A DNA stretch of 64,000 nt from Dimorphilus gyrociliatus (lineage: Eukaryota > Animalia > Annelida). Positions 24,301 through 38,859 of the stretch are shown in pieces (within the stretch, counting starts at the first letter, position 1; the number at the start of each line of letters is the position of its first letter). The stretch lies in assembly GCA_904063045.1 (NCBI GenBank), contig CAJFCJ010000008.1, positions 1,364,001 to 1,428,000 of the forward strand. Direction: 5' to 3'. Position numbers and translations under genes: made by a program. The notes beneath the pieces are model-generated. The model saw only the letters and a program-made list of their open reading frames with translations. It searched no databases and was not told the origin of the DNA.

Positions 24301-27300
24301 TAATAATACTGGTTTAGCTGTTTTCAAGGGTCAAAAAATAATAATTACAAATTATAATTTGAGTGTTACTGGTAATTTTGATCTCAACTATTCAGCTGTC
24401 TATTTTAGAATAGAGAGACGACCTGATCATGGTAGAATTCTTAAATTAAATGAGCATACAGGGAAGTTTACTTTTGCAGATATTCAAAATCGTTTAGTAT
24501 CTTACAAGCATTATGGAAAAAATCTAAAAGAAGATTCTTTTGATTTTGCAATTTACTCAGGAAAACTAATGGCTAAAGGAACATGCGAAATTCGTGTTTT
24601 TTTAAATGTTGAGCAAATGCCACCAAGAATTATTGCCTTAAAATCCCTAAGGGTTTACGAACAGGGGAGTAAAATAATAACAAGAGATATCCTAGAGATT
24701 CAACATTCTCAAACATTACCTAATGAAATACGCTATAGAGTTGAAGTTCATCCTAGACACGGCAGGTTATTACTCAAACGCGGTCGGAGAGGTGCTAGAC
24801 ATAATCCAAAAACTTTCACTCAGCAGGACATAAATGATGAACTAGTACTTTACGAACACAGACGGAAAGGCAGCAATAAGGATTCTTTACGATTTAGGGT
24901 CAGTAATGGAATACGAGCAATTAATACTGAACTTATAATCAACATCGAACAAATGTTAATACCTTTTGAGCCTTCTAGAGTCTTACAAGTCCAGGAAGGA
25001 AGTTATACTGAATTAACAAGCGATCTATTTAAGACAGATTCTCTAATTGATTTGGATTTTGTAGTAGTTCGACAACCAATTCACGGTAAAATATATTATC
25101 TTGGTAAGCGAGACATCAAAATATATCAATTCAACTGGAATGATATTCAAAGAAACGATATATCATATTTACATGATCACTCCGATACTATAAAAGATAA
25201 TTTTACCTTGTTGGTTAAAAGAAGCAGGAAGAATGTTCAAACGTCCGATCCCACAATCTTTCATGTCGAAATAAAGAGCTTGAATGACAAAAGGCCTCAA
25301 CTGAATGTAAAAACTATTAAATTTTGGCATTTTAGAAAAACAGTAATTGGAAAACGTCATATCCACGTTAGAGATAAAGATACTAAGCCAAAATTTCTAA
25401 CAATATTTATTCTGGATGGATCAGACGACTGTTGGTTTGCGTACAAATTTCAACCAAATGTAAGATTAAGTAATTTTACTCAACATCAGATTAACAAGGG
25501 TCAAATTATTTATGTTCATGAAAGTACAAGTTCCTCGGCTAGCTTTACCCTAATAGCAGCTGACGGAAAGCATAGAACTCAGAGAAAAACACTAAAGGTC
25601 AAGGTTAAAAAATTAGAATTAACATTACAAGTTAATGAAGTGATATTGGCCTTCCCCCTTGTTAAAACGATCTTAAGCAGTAAAGATCATCTAAAGACCA
25701 TTACAAACGATATCGATAATGCAAGAAATATAACGTACAACATTCAATCAAAGTTCAAACACGGACGACTTGTAAATCTACAGGATCAGGAGGTAACATC
25801 TTTCCAACAATATGACATAGACATGGGGAATATAGCTTATAAGCATACAGACGCCGTAAGAACAATGGACAGAGATGAGGCCAAAATGGATATAAGTACC
25901 CCATTTGCTCAAGATTTGGCTCATACGCCAATATCTGTTCGAATATCCTACAACTTTTTGACAAATCAGAATCAAGCCGAATTAATAAAAATTAAACCAA
26001 TAATAATTAGTGAAGGTGAATCATTTGTCTTAAAAGATCACTTCGATGATACCATGCTGGTTAAAAAGATTTCCGATCCAACTTCTATAATGTATGGAAT
26101 AAAAAGTAAACCATTTCATGGAGTTTTAACAAAGAATAATAGAAATATCTCAACTAAAAGTTCATTTTCCAGAGACGATTTATTATCTGGGCGGGTAAAA
26201 TATATTCACGACGATTCTGATACTACAAAAGATAACTTCACTTTAGTCTTGACAGCAGATTATAAAAAAATTAGTTACAACACAAAAGGATTAGGAATAG
26301 TTATTCATATAGACATCAAACCTATCAATGATGAACCATGGATTCTCTTAAATACTAATCCTGAAATACACGTAATTCTTGGTTTTACTTCAGTTGTTAA
26401 TCAATCAACTTTTAACATAAAAGACCCTGATACTGAAAGTGATCAAATCATATATACAGTAACTGAGAGACCTGATAATGGCTATCTCGCCTTCGAGAAT
26501 TCTCTAGATAAAGAGGAACTTACTTGGACACAGAGAGATATTAATAGTCAAAGATTAATATTTGTTCAAAATGGTCGCCCTAAAACAGCAGCTTTGCAAG
26601 TTCGGGTATCGGATGGTGGAGTACATAGACACGCTGACCATATTGCGTGCATAATTACTGTTCATCCATTAACGTTATCGATAAATCCTCGAAATTTAAA
26701 CAACGTAAAAATTTTGCAAGGCAGATCAGCCATTGTTATCACCAAAGATAATATTTTACCAAAGACGAATGGAATTGCCAATATAGTTCAGTATAACGTA
26801 ACAAAACCCCCGAAATACGGAAAATTATATTTAAGAAATACACCTGTATCATCGTTCTCTCAATGGGATGTAAACAGAAATCTTTTAATGTACGTTCAAA
26901 CAAACTTGTCATCAGGGAACGATTCATTCATATTCGACGCTTATGATGAATATAACGAAATAGCCGGTAATGTTTTGAAAATATCGATTATATCTCAAAT
27001 CACCGTAAAGGACTTCCAAGCCGTTTCTAATCAGCAAATGCCTATAACTCTTGCTCATTTAAACGCTGCTAACCTGGCAAGTTTAACTAACGATGATCCT
27101 CTCTTTCGTATTATCAGTCGACCCCGAATAGGCTCATTAAGAATGAGGGGAAGCCCAGAATCCGTATCAAAATTTAAACAACAAGATCTTGTAGAGGAGA
27201 AAATATTTTTCGAATCTTACACGGTTTACGATCTAGAGAAAGATAGTTTCATTTACGAAGTTTCTGCAAGATACGCTCAACCGGTTAGAGGTATTTTTAA

Positions 27301-27706
27301 CATTACCATCTTACCAACTGCTCCAACAACTGCAAAAGCCCATTTAAGCACTCTGTCTACAGAGAGAGACCAAAAAACTGACAGTAAAATTAGACCCACG
27401 CCCAGGGAAAAAACAGATAGTGAAGAAGAGTCTGACTCTGTTAGTCAGGGACATTTATTAATTGTTATAATTGTTTGTGCGGTAGCCTTGGTTACTATAT
27501 TAACATTTGTAATAATTAAATGTGTAAAGATGCGAAAGAAGCAAAAACAAAATCAAGTTCCAACTAGAAAAGAAAGTGCAAGTATGCTAAAGAAAGAGGA
27601 GTGTAGCCAAAAAACGGAAAGCGACTGGCAAAAGGTTGATGCTGAGTTGTTGCAGCATTGCAGAACTACTAACCCTGTTTTGCATACGAACAAGTATTGG
27701 GTCTAG
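18308..27706 (+). CDS. CSPG4: Chondroitin sulfate proteoglycan 4 / NG2 / kon-tiki (perdido) orthologue, ~2263 aa; exons 18308-18374, 20336-21038, 21685-27706
   Basis: Signal-peptide exon (MESALLPLLFLSSLTIGSTQNE), two laminin-G domains (starting VSLYGDS), a Cys-rich EGF-like linker, many CSPG/cadherin-like repeats (PxHGxL...FTQxDIxxGxxxYxHD), one TM helix (LLIVIIVCAVALVTILTFVII) and the C-terminus NPVLHTNKYWV, resembling human NPALKNGQYWV. Splice phases 1 and 2 are consistent. Confidence 0.95.
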
Positions 27707-28187
27707 CTTTATTGTATGGTGCTATATAGTTTTCATTAAAAAAAACTATACATTTATAGAGTATACTTGTGTATATACGGTACGTCTAGGATTTCATCGA
27801 TTGGTATGTTATAAATCATAACTTTATTCTATTGGCCATATTATTATTTTTACATGATAATGATTGTATGTATTAAATTTTTTTAATGTTTTATTCATAG
27901 TAATAATGGTACCAATAAATTTTCAAAAATACACAATTGATAGTATTGAATAGCAAACGTGCTGTAAAATATGATAATGGAATGTTAATAAATTAACATT
28001 TAACAGATATAAATTTTGTATGCAGATTGATTATTGTATTGTATTAAAGCATAACAAGTTAGTTGTAAAAATATTTGGTCCCATTGTAAAATCAACAATT
28101 AGTAACAACATTTCAACATATATCAACCAATTCCATCTGATATTTAGAGAAATTTTAAAAAAATATTATAAAAAGATGCTCCTAGGA

Positions 28188-28200
28188 CGCCATCTCCTGG
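28188..28200 (-). promoter_or_regulatory. CTCF-like site CCAGGAGATGGCG
   Basis: Fits the CTCF core; about 480 bp downstream of the CSPG4 stop. Confidence 0.45.
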
Positions 28201-29480
28201 AATATTAAGGTACAGGATCACCCTTGGCATAACGTTGGTAGCTTACTTTCTGTAATGATCAGTAGTATACAAAGCTTAAACAAGGTCAATTAACCTTCGT
28301 CTGCTCAGCAAATGATATGTTTACGATAGCTGTTATTTATTGTCTGAAAAAGCTTAAATCATTAACAGAAAGACTCATTTGACATTCCGAGAAACACTTT
28401 AATTTCGAGCGTAATTATAACATAAGTAATAAGTATTTTTTCCATCCATTTAAGCTAGCAGACAGAAGATTTATCATTGTTATCTTAAAAATTTGTGTTT
28501 CTTTTATTTTTGTAAAATGTTGATCCTTTTGTAGTGTTTTTTAAAAAATTGTTGTTTTTTCTATAAAAGCATTAGCATATATATTTATAAAGAAAACTTT
28601 AAAAAATCTTTATTGGGATATTTTGTATATTCATAAAATATACTTATATTCCTTAATAACACTATACATCGACTTCTTTCGAAAAGTCTTTCTGCTAAAA
28701 ATAGATTATTTCCTGTGAATTCGATTCTTTTCAACCATTTTATTAAGTTCACATTTTATTATCTTCCTTTCAAGCCTTTCTAAGGCGAAGGGGTAAAATA
28801 GAATTTCTTTCAATTGTCTTTTTTCATACTTAAAAATAGAAATCGGTCAAAAAAATTTACTAAAACTTTTAATCTATATATGGCTTTATAATATTTTTAT
28901 TTTCAGTTTATATTATGCACTTTCAAACGATTCCTTTCCATCTTTGATTCATTTACCTGTTTAATTTAATACAGATGAAAGAAAAAATAGAAATTAACTT
29001 TATCATTGATACAGAACACGGATACGTTAGAATATTTGCAACAGATAATAGTAACTTTATTTTTCAGTAAGAAGTTACAGAGAAACTTCTTGAAACCTTA
29101 AACAGAACTTCTAGTTCATCATTCCACACCATCAAACCTTTAATGGTTAAACAAAAAGAGATAAAGAGAGCTCAAAATTTTAAGCTAAAGCGTTTCTGGC
29201 ATAACATCTTTATCCTAGATATATCTAAACCAAGGCCGGTACGTGACAGTGTTTAATTTTTTAATGCAACATACAAAGATCCATTGAATTTATTGAAATA
29301 GATTTAGAAATTATTTAAGGATATGGGAATGTTTTCTTCTTGAGTAAAATAATATTAATTACTCTTCTTCTGCTACATTTCACAAAAACAATTCGTTTTT
29401 TTCCTTTGACTTTCATTCTTTGACAATTTTATCTATGCTAACCCTTTCAATTATTTATAGCTTGTTTCTAAAGCAAAATG

Positions 29481-29690
29481 AGAACAGAAAAGGTGAAAAA
29501 GCGAGGAGAGAGAGGAGCAGAAAGAAGGAGATAGAGAGAAGGAGGGAGCAAGGAAGGCAGAAGAGAACGTGCTTGCGTGTGTGTCTGTGAGTAAGTGACT
29601 GAGTGACTGAGTGAAGAAGAATTGTGAGAAATAGCTAGAAAGGGGGTGGAGGATAAGAAGGAAAAGGAGTGAGAATGAAGAGAGATTTCA
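29481..29690. repeat. Purine-rich (GA) low-complexity tract with (GT)n and tandem AGTGACTG units
   Basis: Directly visible strand-asymmetric composition; AGTGACTG x2.6 at 29594-29614. Confidence 0.7.
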
Positions 29691-32600
29691 TTTGGAAATG
29701 TAATTCTTGTTAATTATTTTAATGTATATTTTGGTAAAGGAAATGGGGGACGAATAACAAAAAGATCTTTTTTAATTACTTTAATAGATAAAAGATTTAA
29801 TGTAATTAGAAGAAGGTTATTTAATCACTAAACGTTAGATTTATAGTTGCGACTAAAACTTGTTCTCTTAATTCTACTTTGGCCAACTCAATAATTGAAA
29901 TGAATAATAAACAAATTTCTATATTGAATAGTATATTTTTATTGATGTAAGTAATATAATCTTATGTGACAGAAATCATTTTTTCATATTACTAGTGTAA
30001 AAATTAATTATTTCAAAGATATATCGTATAGATTTTTAGTCGTTTACATACTCTTTAATAGTTTTGAGCGTTTTCTCCTAGTGTAACTAATAGGAATCTT
30101 TAATATTTGCTGAATAGAATTTTTGCTGTGTGACCTAATTTTTCTTTCATAGAGCCCACATTTCTTTAAAATATTTTACGATTCTAGAAGAAAATACTTT
30201 TTGTAAAAGTATTATATGAAATAAATTAGCTGATAGTTAAATGATACAAACATTAATGATTTACAATTACTTCTCACATCTTTCATTTTAAATGATAAAT
30301 ACTGTTGTAACCTGTCACTTTGTGATTTGGATAGTAGAAGAGACCGATATCTCATATATACCAGCTCTACATATATGGTTATTGAAAAAATTTTTCAGAA
30401 GTAACTCGTTAAAATTCTCTTTGGTGAAAATATCAGAATATTACAGTAGTTAATTAAGTCATATATAACTATTAATTATTAAATTAAACATCTATCAAAG
30501 AGCTTCAGACTTTACAGACAGTCTCTTTACAGAATACGTTTTTTCCAACTCTTTTGTCTATACATATACGGCTTTTTCCATTTCCCAAAATATTGAAGTA
30601 CGAAATGCGAAATGTTATAAAATTTTCATGCTAAAAAAATATTCTATAATAGAGTCTAAAAAAGTCAAGGGACATAAGTATGATTACTGCGTAGTACTTA
30701 AAAAGGGTGTAAAGGCTTTCCCATACAATATTTGATATAAGTTTTATTTTCTTTTATAAATTCTTAAATGTTTAAAGGTTAATCTCAAATGAAATCGTCG
30801 GAAAGGTTAAGTCAACCAATGAAATGTTGGATAATTCTCAGGAGGTAAAGCTTTAAAAAATTAAGTAAAAATGTAGGTAAATATTTCAAATATGAAGTAT
30901 TGAATTACTCTTTTACTCTATTTATAACTGCAACTTGCTATATTTATGACAACTTTAATCCACTGTGATACTTTGCATAATATTTTAAAATTTAAATAGA
31001 AGGAGTCTTCTTCCCCCTTTATACAGGCAAATAATAAATATTAGATTTTTAGATTTCATAATATTACCTGAAAATCATATATTTTTTTCACTTCACTTCA
31101 CCAGAATTACGAGATATTTTATATAAGAACAATTTCAACTCTAATGTATCTCTATTTAATTAAAAGTACAGACAACGTAGTATCTTACATCTCAGAGAAT
31201 AGTATTTAAAGTTTTCGCAAATCAATAATTTCTTTTTAAGCCTACACATAGAGGAAAAAATATGTGAATGATGAGTAATTTTTTGGTTTTTATTCATTTT
31301 CAGCTTGTATTCAGCATCACATAGACAAGGAATACTGTATATATTCTCTTAGAAAACTTACTTTGGGAATAGAAGATTTTTAAAACAATATCATTATTAT
31401 TGAGAAAGAAAATAGATGTTAAGTAAATTTTAAGCTCTTGGAATAGATATCTTTTAAGACGACGCTTTTGCTAAAACCTTTCAATTTTTCGGATTTTTTT
31501 ATCTATTACTTTGAAGAATCCAAACTAATACAGCGGGTGAAAATATCTTATTGAAATTTTTTCTGCTTTTAGCGCCAAGAAAAGGTTTCTCCCAAAGTGA
31601 AAAAGTTTTTATTCCATTCCCTCTATAACTGCTCAGTCTATTTGATTAAGAAGATATTTTTAAATAAAATGAAAGAAACTATCAAAAATAGTAATAAGTA
31701 CTAATGAAACTTTATTTTTAAACATTAATTACGTTTTACAAATATTTTCACAGCAAAAAACAAAATTTTTTTGATTAACAATAATTCAGCAGAAACTCAC
31801 TAAAATATATCTATAGGTTCCTTTATTTATACTATTCTAGGTAGGTCTAAAATTCCATATTAGAGACATAGCAAAGTACTTAGGATTATTAATTTCAGAG
31901 TAAAATACTCTGAATCTATGCAGTTTCAACATGTATTAGAAGGGTTTATATATGAAATAAAAGAAAAATATGTGCTTCGGATTACTACGTTGGAAGAGCA
32001 GTAAATGCAAAAGTCTGCGACGGATACCTCTAAGAAGATGGAAAAAAAACAATTTAAAAATTTAGTTGCTTCAAGCCTTTTTAAGAAAGCTCAAAATCTA
32101 TCTAATTAAGCACTTTTACCCCAGACGGCGCTGTTCAAGGAATGTACCAATGGGGATTCTATGATGGCTTCTCTACTAGATTAAAAGAAAAATCAGGAAG
32201 AAAAGATTTTGGTTTCCTATCAAAGTCTGTGGTTTTCTCTCCACTTCAATGATAAAAATTTTAATACTTGACTCTAGATACTTTTAAACAGGATATACAT
32301 TTTCAAAATAAGTGTAAAGTACTACACTTTTATCTAACTAAAAGTGAAATTGAGGTCGATAATCATTTTCCTTTTTGTGCTAATACAAGGTTAAGCATTT
32401 TATCATTACAGATTGACAAAATCTCCTTTTTCTCTCCGCTATATAATTTGTATATCTCTTGTTTCAAATTCCCATTTGTTACCTTTTTATGGTTATTTTA
32501 TATGTTACCTCACTTCCCTTCCTTTCTTCTTTAATAACTTCAAAGTCTATTGTAGTCTTTCCCATTTCAAAACCTCTAGCCATCTATTTTTTTATTTACT

Positions 32601-33037
32601 AATTGTTAAGTAAGTTGATACCACGCATGGAAAGGTTAACTAGATTGTATATTATTCTGTTGATTAGACGTAATTTTTATTTTCTAATATAACAATTACA
32701 TGCCTTATTTATTAAATAATAAAAAAGGGGTTTGTGACAAATTCTTAAAAAATTACGATTTGGCTATAGAAATTATATTATGTGAGGAATTCTTTTGTTA
32801 ACTGTAAAAATATTTAATTTTATCTCAAGAAAAGAATAATCTCAAAAGTTAATAACTTTCTTTTAATTTTTTAATAAAAAGTTACTAAAATTTTTGTGCA
32901 AAAAATAAGATAGCCCACTAAAGAGATTAAAGAGGTTGAAGTTTTTTTTATTCAAGGATAAATAATTATTTAAATGTGTGAATATAAAGTAGCATTTTAC
33001 GGATTGCGACTGGTAAATTTTCCACTTCCTAGTCTTC

Positions 33038-33050
33038 CCAACAGATGGCG
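33038..33050 (+). promoter_or_regulatory. CTCF-like site CCAACAGATGGCG
   Basis: Fits the CTCF core; lies in the gene-free interval about 550 bp upstream of the tandem TCAGT elements at 33600. Confidence 0.45.
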
Positions 33051-33689
33051 AAATCAGCATAATGTATATAATGAAGATACCAATGATGATATGATAAATG
33101 AGCTTTATTTTTAAAATCAATATATTTTTATTTAATAATAGTACGAAAATAGTAAAAGAAATGTAAAAAAGCTAAAAAATTTTAAAACAGACGAAATAAA
33201 TGCAATATTAGTACTATGTATATTTTATAATAATGAATGTAAGGACATTCATTTCTTGGCTCATTCATTAATATCTTTTTTTTGAGAATCAGCGATTTGG
33301 ATTAAGGACACTCTCCTCTCTGTTGTATTCTTTTATTAAGAAAAAATAAAGACAGGAAGTTGTTAATAAAGATGTAGGAAGCAAATGCATTTTGCAGCTA
33401 GAGTATATGATCAATAAGAAAGATGTTCATTATAGGACAAAATATCTTTGTTGTGAAAAAACTGATAACTAATCAGTATAGCTTTAGGTGACAAATTAAT
33501 AGGGGGCTAGTAAACAAAGTAAGCTAGTTGGAAGCAGAAAGGAATGAGAGGGTAGATGATTAAGTGCTAGCACTGCGAGAGAGCCACCACTTAGAAAATT
33601 CAGTCAGTCTCACACTTTCTGAGATGATGCGCTCATCTGCCAGTCTCCTGGCAGTATTATGTTTATTCTTAACAGGTTAGTGAGATAAT

Positions 33690-33800
33690 TTCTATTTCTG
33701 TTTTCTTTTTTATATTCTGTCTCCACTCTTCACTCTCACTCACTAACTCCTCTCTCTCTCCCTCATTCTCACTCACATTTTCTCACTTCTTCTCTTCTGT
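33690..33800. repeat. Pyrimidine-rich (CT/CACT) low-complexity tract
   Basis: About 110 nt of almost pure C/T with interspersed CAC units. Confidence 0.7.
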
Positions 33801-36800
33801 TAACCGTAATGGATGGATACTCGCGCTTGTGGACAAGGCGGGAATTATTTTTTCGACATTTGTATCATTTTAAAGCACCTTACCGAGTTTTACATAGGCA
33901 AAGTACTGCACAATTAATAGTAGACAGAGAGTTGAATCTAAAAAGGTTGAATACAGTATATCTATTGACGTACAAATCTATATATAAGCCTATTGACCAA
34001 TGAGTAGGAGTACATAATATATACATATATATATTCATTATGTATATACATTTGTTAGTAAAAAGTATGTAACTTATTTTACTAAGATTATAGAGCATAT
34101 TTTTTAACAAACCTTTCACAATTTTTTATTTACACAAATTCTGGTAGGTTTAAGAAATAAATAGGGTTCACGATATACATTATGGATCAAAAGGTAACAT
34201 TACTCTTTAGAGAGTATTTATATAAGAATGAAGGACAATATCGTGATTAAAAGAGGCGGACACCAAAAGGGATAAAAATATATTGAATATTATGTGAAAA
34301 TGCCAAATAAACGAAAAAGTCTCCAGAGAACAAAGCCATAACTTTGTACTTCAAATGCTCTCACTTAATTCCTCTTCATCTTACCTTTATTCGGAATCAC
34401 TAAAAAACGTGTCAGTTTGCAGTCGACGTTTTGCAGTCGTACAATCCCTAATTTTGCTGGAGGCAGATAGAATAGATATACTTTGAAAAAACTTAAAGAA
34501 ATATCATTTCCAAGATTGTATAAAACAAATGTCAAAGTCAACTGCTGTTAAAGTCATCGGATAATTCTCTAAAACGGCCAGACACTTTTATTGATGTCAA
34601 TAGTAAAAAATGGTTTAAATAGAGCTTTAAAACTGACAAAAAAGCCGAACTGAAGTTAACTATTTTTTATCGTCAAGCGCTAACATTGACAACTGGAAGA
34701 TATTAAGTACCCAATGGTAAACAAAATAAAAGCTATATTTTGTGACACTGTGGACAACTCAAACATTTAAACGAATACTAACGAGGAAGAGAGGAATGAA
34801 AAATCAACCAATTAAGTTAGATTACATCAACATCATTAGAAACGAATATTTTTTAAGATGAAAGAGTTTATTGAGATGACTGTGGAAAAATTATCATAGT
34901 TAAATACTTTAACTTTGAAATATATGTAGACTTATTTATGATAAAGAATATTTTCACTAGAATTTGTTCCTGCATATTTAATTTTCTATAAACTTATTTT
35001 AAGACTTAAGGAATTGTTTTTTTATAACACTTTTTCTGAATTAGAAAAGATTACAAATAGAGATGGATATTTTTCAAAAATCGCGCTAAAAAATAATTAG
35101 CAAGTGTCCTTATCGAATTTAAAGGTTTGTAAAGAGACGCAAGAAAGCGCTATGGGGCAAAGCGTAGAATCCTATCAAGTGTTCACAGCAGGTTTCGCTC
35201 ATTACAATTTCTCATAGGCAAGAAAAATTTTATATGTTTTGGTGTTTTGCAAATGTTGTTTAAAAAAAAACAAAGGCAATTAAAAAAGCGTGCAATTATT
35301 AACTTTCCTTCTGTCGTTCACAACATTGTCACTTTCGATTCCACTTCCAAATATGTTGAAGTATATATTTTCCTCTTTTTTCTTAAAGAGCAAGCACCCA
35401 AACAATACTATTGTAATTAGTACTTTCCTTGAAACTCTAAGACGAGAAGAAAAGAATTTTAAGGGACATGTGATAAAAAAAATGAACCAAAACAATAGAA
35501 TTTGATAGTGACTCAGAGAAAAAAGTGACAGAGAGATATAAGAGAAAAGTATGGGATAAAGAGAGGGAGAGAAAATAACAAGATACCTCTGAACTCTTTG
35601 ATCATTTTTAAGGACAAATTAAAATGATAACGTTCAAATCTTGTAATTGAAAAAACGGGGGAAACAAGTAATCAATTTATAATTCTACCTTAGACCATAA
35701 AGATACTAATATACAAGTATTTATTAGTGGTTGACTGGCTTTATCTATGATTATTTTAGAGATCGAATATTAATAAATATTTTAGCTATTCCTTTTCTTA
35801 AAAAGGTTTATATATTTTTCGACCATTCGTATATACAGTAAATCTCTTTTTATGTATATAATCATAGAGAAAGAGAATAAATTGTTTAAACAAAATTGTT
35901 CTTTTCAGTTATATCAACTCGTAGTCGATACTTAGAGGACGGCTACTTCAAAGATACGTATGTATATATACTATTTTACATATAAAAAACAAAGAGTGAT
36001 TATTCAAGCATTTTCTAAATAAAATATCCTACACCAGTGTAATTATCTCCACCCTCATTAGGGAACGTGGCGTGGGAGTACTTTTAGAGCGATCTTTGTA
36101 AGATTAACGCGAGGGTTATGAACTGTGCTTCTCAATTTGCACTTAGCATTGTTCTTTCACAAAAAAGATATATTAATTATCTAATAAAAATTTTGCCCTA
36201 TATTAATTAAAATAAGAGAATCATAAAATGCAATGTTTACATAGAATTTTACATTAAATAATAAAAAATATTGTTAAAATTTTCTTATTAATCAGTGTAA
36301 AATAGGTTAGTAAAGAATCCTTAAAAACTAAACCAAGTCAATTTACTAAAACCTTTGCAAAGTATGTTGAATTTTTAAAGGTGTAGAAAAAACAAACATG
36401 TCTTTATCTTGAGTTTTGTCGACATGTACAACATAAGGTTGTTTTCCGGTTAAGAGAGCAGTTCGACAAAAAAATTAGAAAAACTGATAAAAGACACATT
36501 TGTTTGTCATTAATTATTGTACTTATCAAGGTAAATGGTTGACCAAGTACTTGGCAATTATCTGAGCATAAAGTTTTTCAGAAGTCACGATAATAATTTG
36601 AAAGAGTTCCTACAAATTACAAGTTGATTTTCTCGGCCTATTATATAGACGTTTGTTTAAAACATCTATACATTTCTGTAAGAGTCATATCGATAGTCTT
36701 TGTTGGAGAGACTTTGTTAAAGAATTTGTATGTCCGAGTGTAAACAACTACAGTACTTCGCTTATTTAAAACAACATTTGGAGATCGTCAGAATGTAAAA

Positions 36801-38859
36801 ACATTAGCAATTACCATGAAATAAGATTGTCAGCAATACAATTAATGTAAATGCTGGCTGTTGTATAGTATATTAATTAAACAAAATCTCAGCATCTCTT
36901 TCATAGTCTACAGCTACGCATGTATGAACTGCTTTCTAAAAGACATTTTTTACATATTTCCTAAATTCTATCTCAGATATTCTCATAATTTTTCTTCGTT
37001 TACCTCTAGATTAATTTACTCTTTCCATTAGTCAATTTATTGAAAAATAATGATGTTCAAACTCATTAAAAATAATTAAATTCGTATTGCACTAACTGCA
37101 AATATCCGTATGCTGAGTGGTGCTGTACAATGTCTTTACGGTAACCGGAAGTTGTATAAAAAAGTTCCGGTTATTGTTTTATTGTCAACCTTAAATAATA
37201 TTTAAGTTATATATTTACATACTACAGTTGTCCAATATATTAGAAGTTCAGTTTAGGCTGTCTAAAGTGTTGGTTTCAAAAGAGCCATATAAAAGACAGT
37301 CCTTGCTGACATTAAAATATAATTTGATAAAGTTATTATAAGTGATAGTTTAATCTTTTTTTTGTCTTCTTCTTTAATTCATAGTATAAATCTATATATA
37401 TTGCGAAATGACTGTTAGAAGACTAATACTTAATGTACAAAAGAATAGATCGAATAAATAAAAGACCTCATATATATTGTGATGAATTATCATTGATTAT
37501 TGAGTAAACTAAAAAATCATTAACATAGAGTAAAAAATAAATTCTAAAAATGTAATTATCCAATGAGACGTAATTTTCAGTATAAAATAATAATAAGAAC
37601 ACTTTAAATAATTTACTGTATTATTCATTTCTCTCAAAAGTATATAACTATTTTAAATCGTAACAATCAGAAATTCAATAACAATTTATATGCCTCTTTT
37701 TAGCCAATACACAAGATAAACTGTTAGATTTTGATATTGAGACAAATGTAAACACTTTCTTGCCATAGAAGAGTGTTTCTAGGTTTCAATTTTTAGAATT
37801 TAGCAATATTTGATACCTAATTCTAAAATATTATTCTCTTTTATCGAAAGCAACATACTGTTGTATGGAAATATTCTCTTTACATTTCTTTTGTCAATGT
37901 ATTAAACAGAACATTAAAAAAAAAGACTTCCTCTTTTGATACTTATATCTATTCACTTCATTTAATAGTTGCAAGAATTATTGAAACAATTTTCTCGATC
38001 TTCTTTCCTCTCAGGTTATCCTAATTTTAAAGACGAGGATTTAGAGATGTGTTTTCGAATTAATCTGCGCTAATTATAGGATTATTTCAAGTTAATGAGC
38101 TAGGGATTGTTTGTTCTAAAAATCTTTCTGCATCCTTCGTAAAGTTGATGTTTTGACATCTGTACTAGATAACTGTGTTTATAAAAAACATTGGACATTA
38201 GCATCCAAAAATGGTGTACAAAACATATGGAAAAATTTCGCCTTCTATTTCGTCACAGCGTTTATGATTTTTTCAGCACCTGTTTGTGACTTGAATCCAG
38301 ATTCATGGCTTTTTCTGAAGCTTTACTGTATGACATATCACTAATTTGTAGGCCTACTATGACGCATCTACAACCAATTCTTGAGACAAGCACAAGCGGA
38401 ACATATTTTAAGTCGTGCGAATATTTATATTCAAATCTCATCAGTAAGATGTGAAATTATTGCATCTATGAAATTATAACCATAATATATATAAATGTTG
38501 TTTAAATTAGTATCAACATCACAATATCTATGTGCGATATTCACTGTATGGAAACTAAATATATACTGTGTATATGTGCGTGTGTGTATATGCATAATAA
38601 AATATTTATAAACATAAAGGGAAGTATATAAATATACACACATAAGCATATATATATATATATATATATATATCAGTGTACACTAAAAGTTTGTATATAT
38701 ATTTTTTTCTATTATTAGATAGAAAAGTTGACAACATAACAGCAATTTATTATGAACAGCAAATATACTTAGAGATAGAAATTTCTACGATGCTTATTTT
38801 TATATATAATTCTTTTTTAAACTTAAAAATATGAAAAAATTATATATGACTAAAAATAT

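Noticed and set aside
21769-26927. Short antisense ORFs inside CSPG4 (and similar ones inside ACP5, the 11565 gene and the TRIM gene)
   Set aside because: Shadow ORFs of real coding strands with no independent signals.
28308-28330. TGATATGTTT resembling miR-190; also miR-92-like TATTGCAC (37085, 51204) and GCAGGTTTCG (35188)
   Set aside because: Matches stop after 8-10 nt and no complementary hairpin arm was seen.
38274-38282. TTCAGCACC, the left half of an RE1/NRSE
   Set aside because: The right half is absent, and the same 9-mer occurs incidentally at a splice site (14281).
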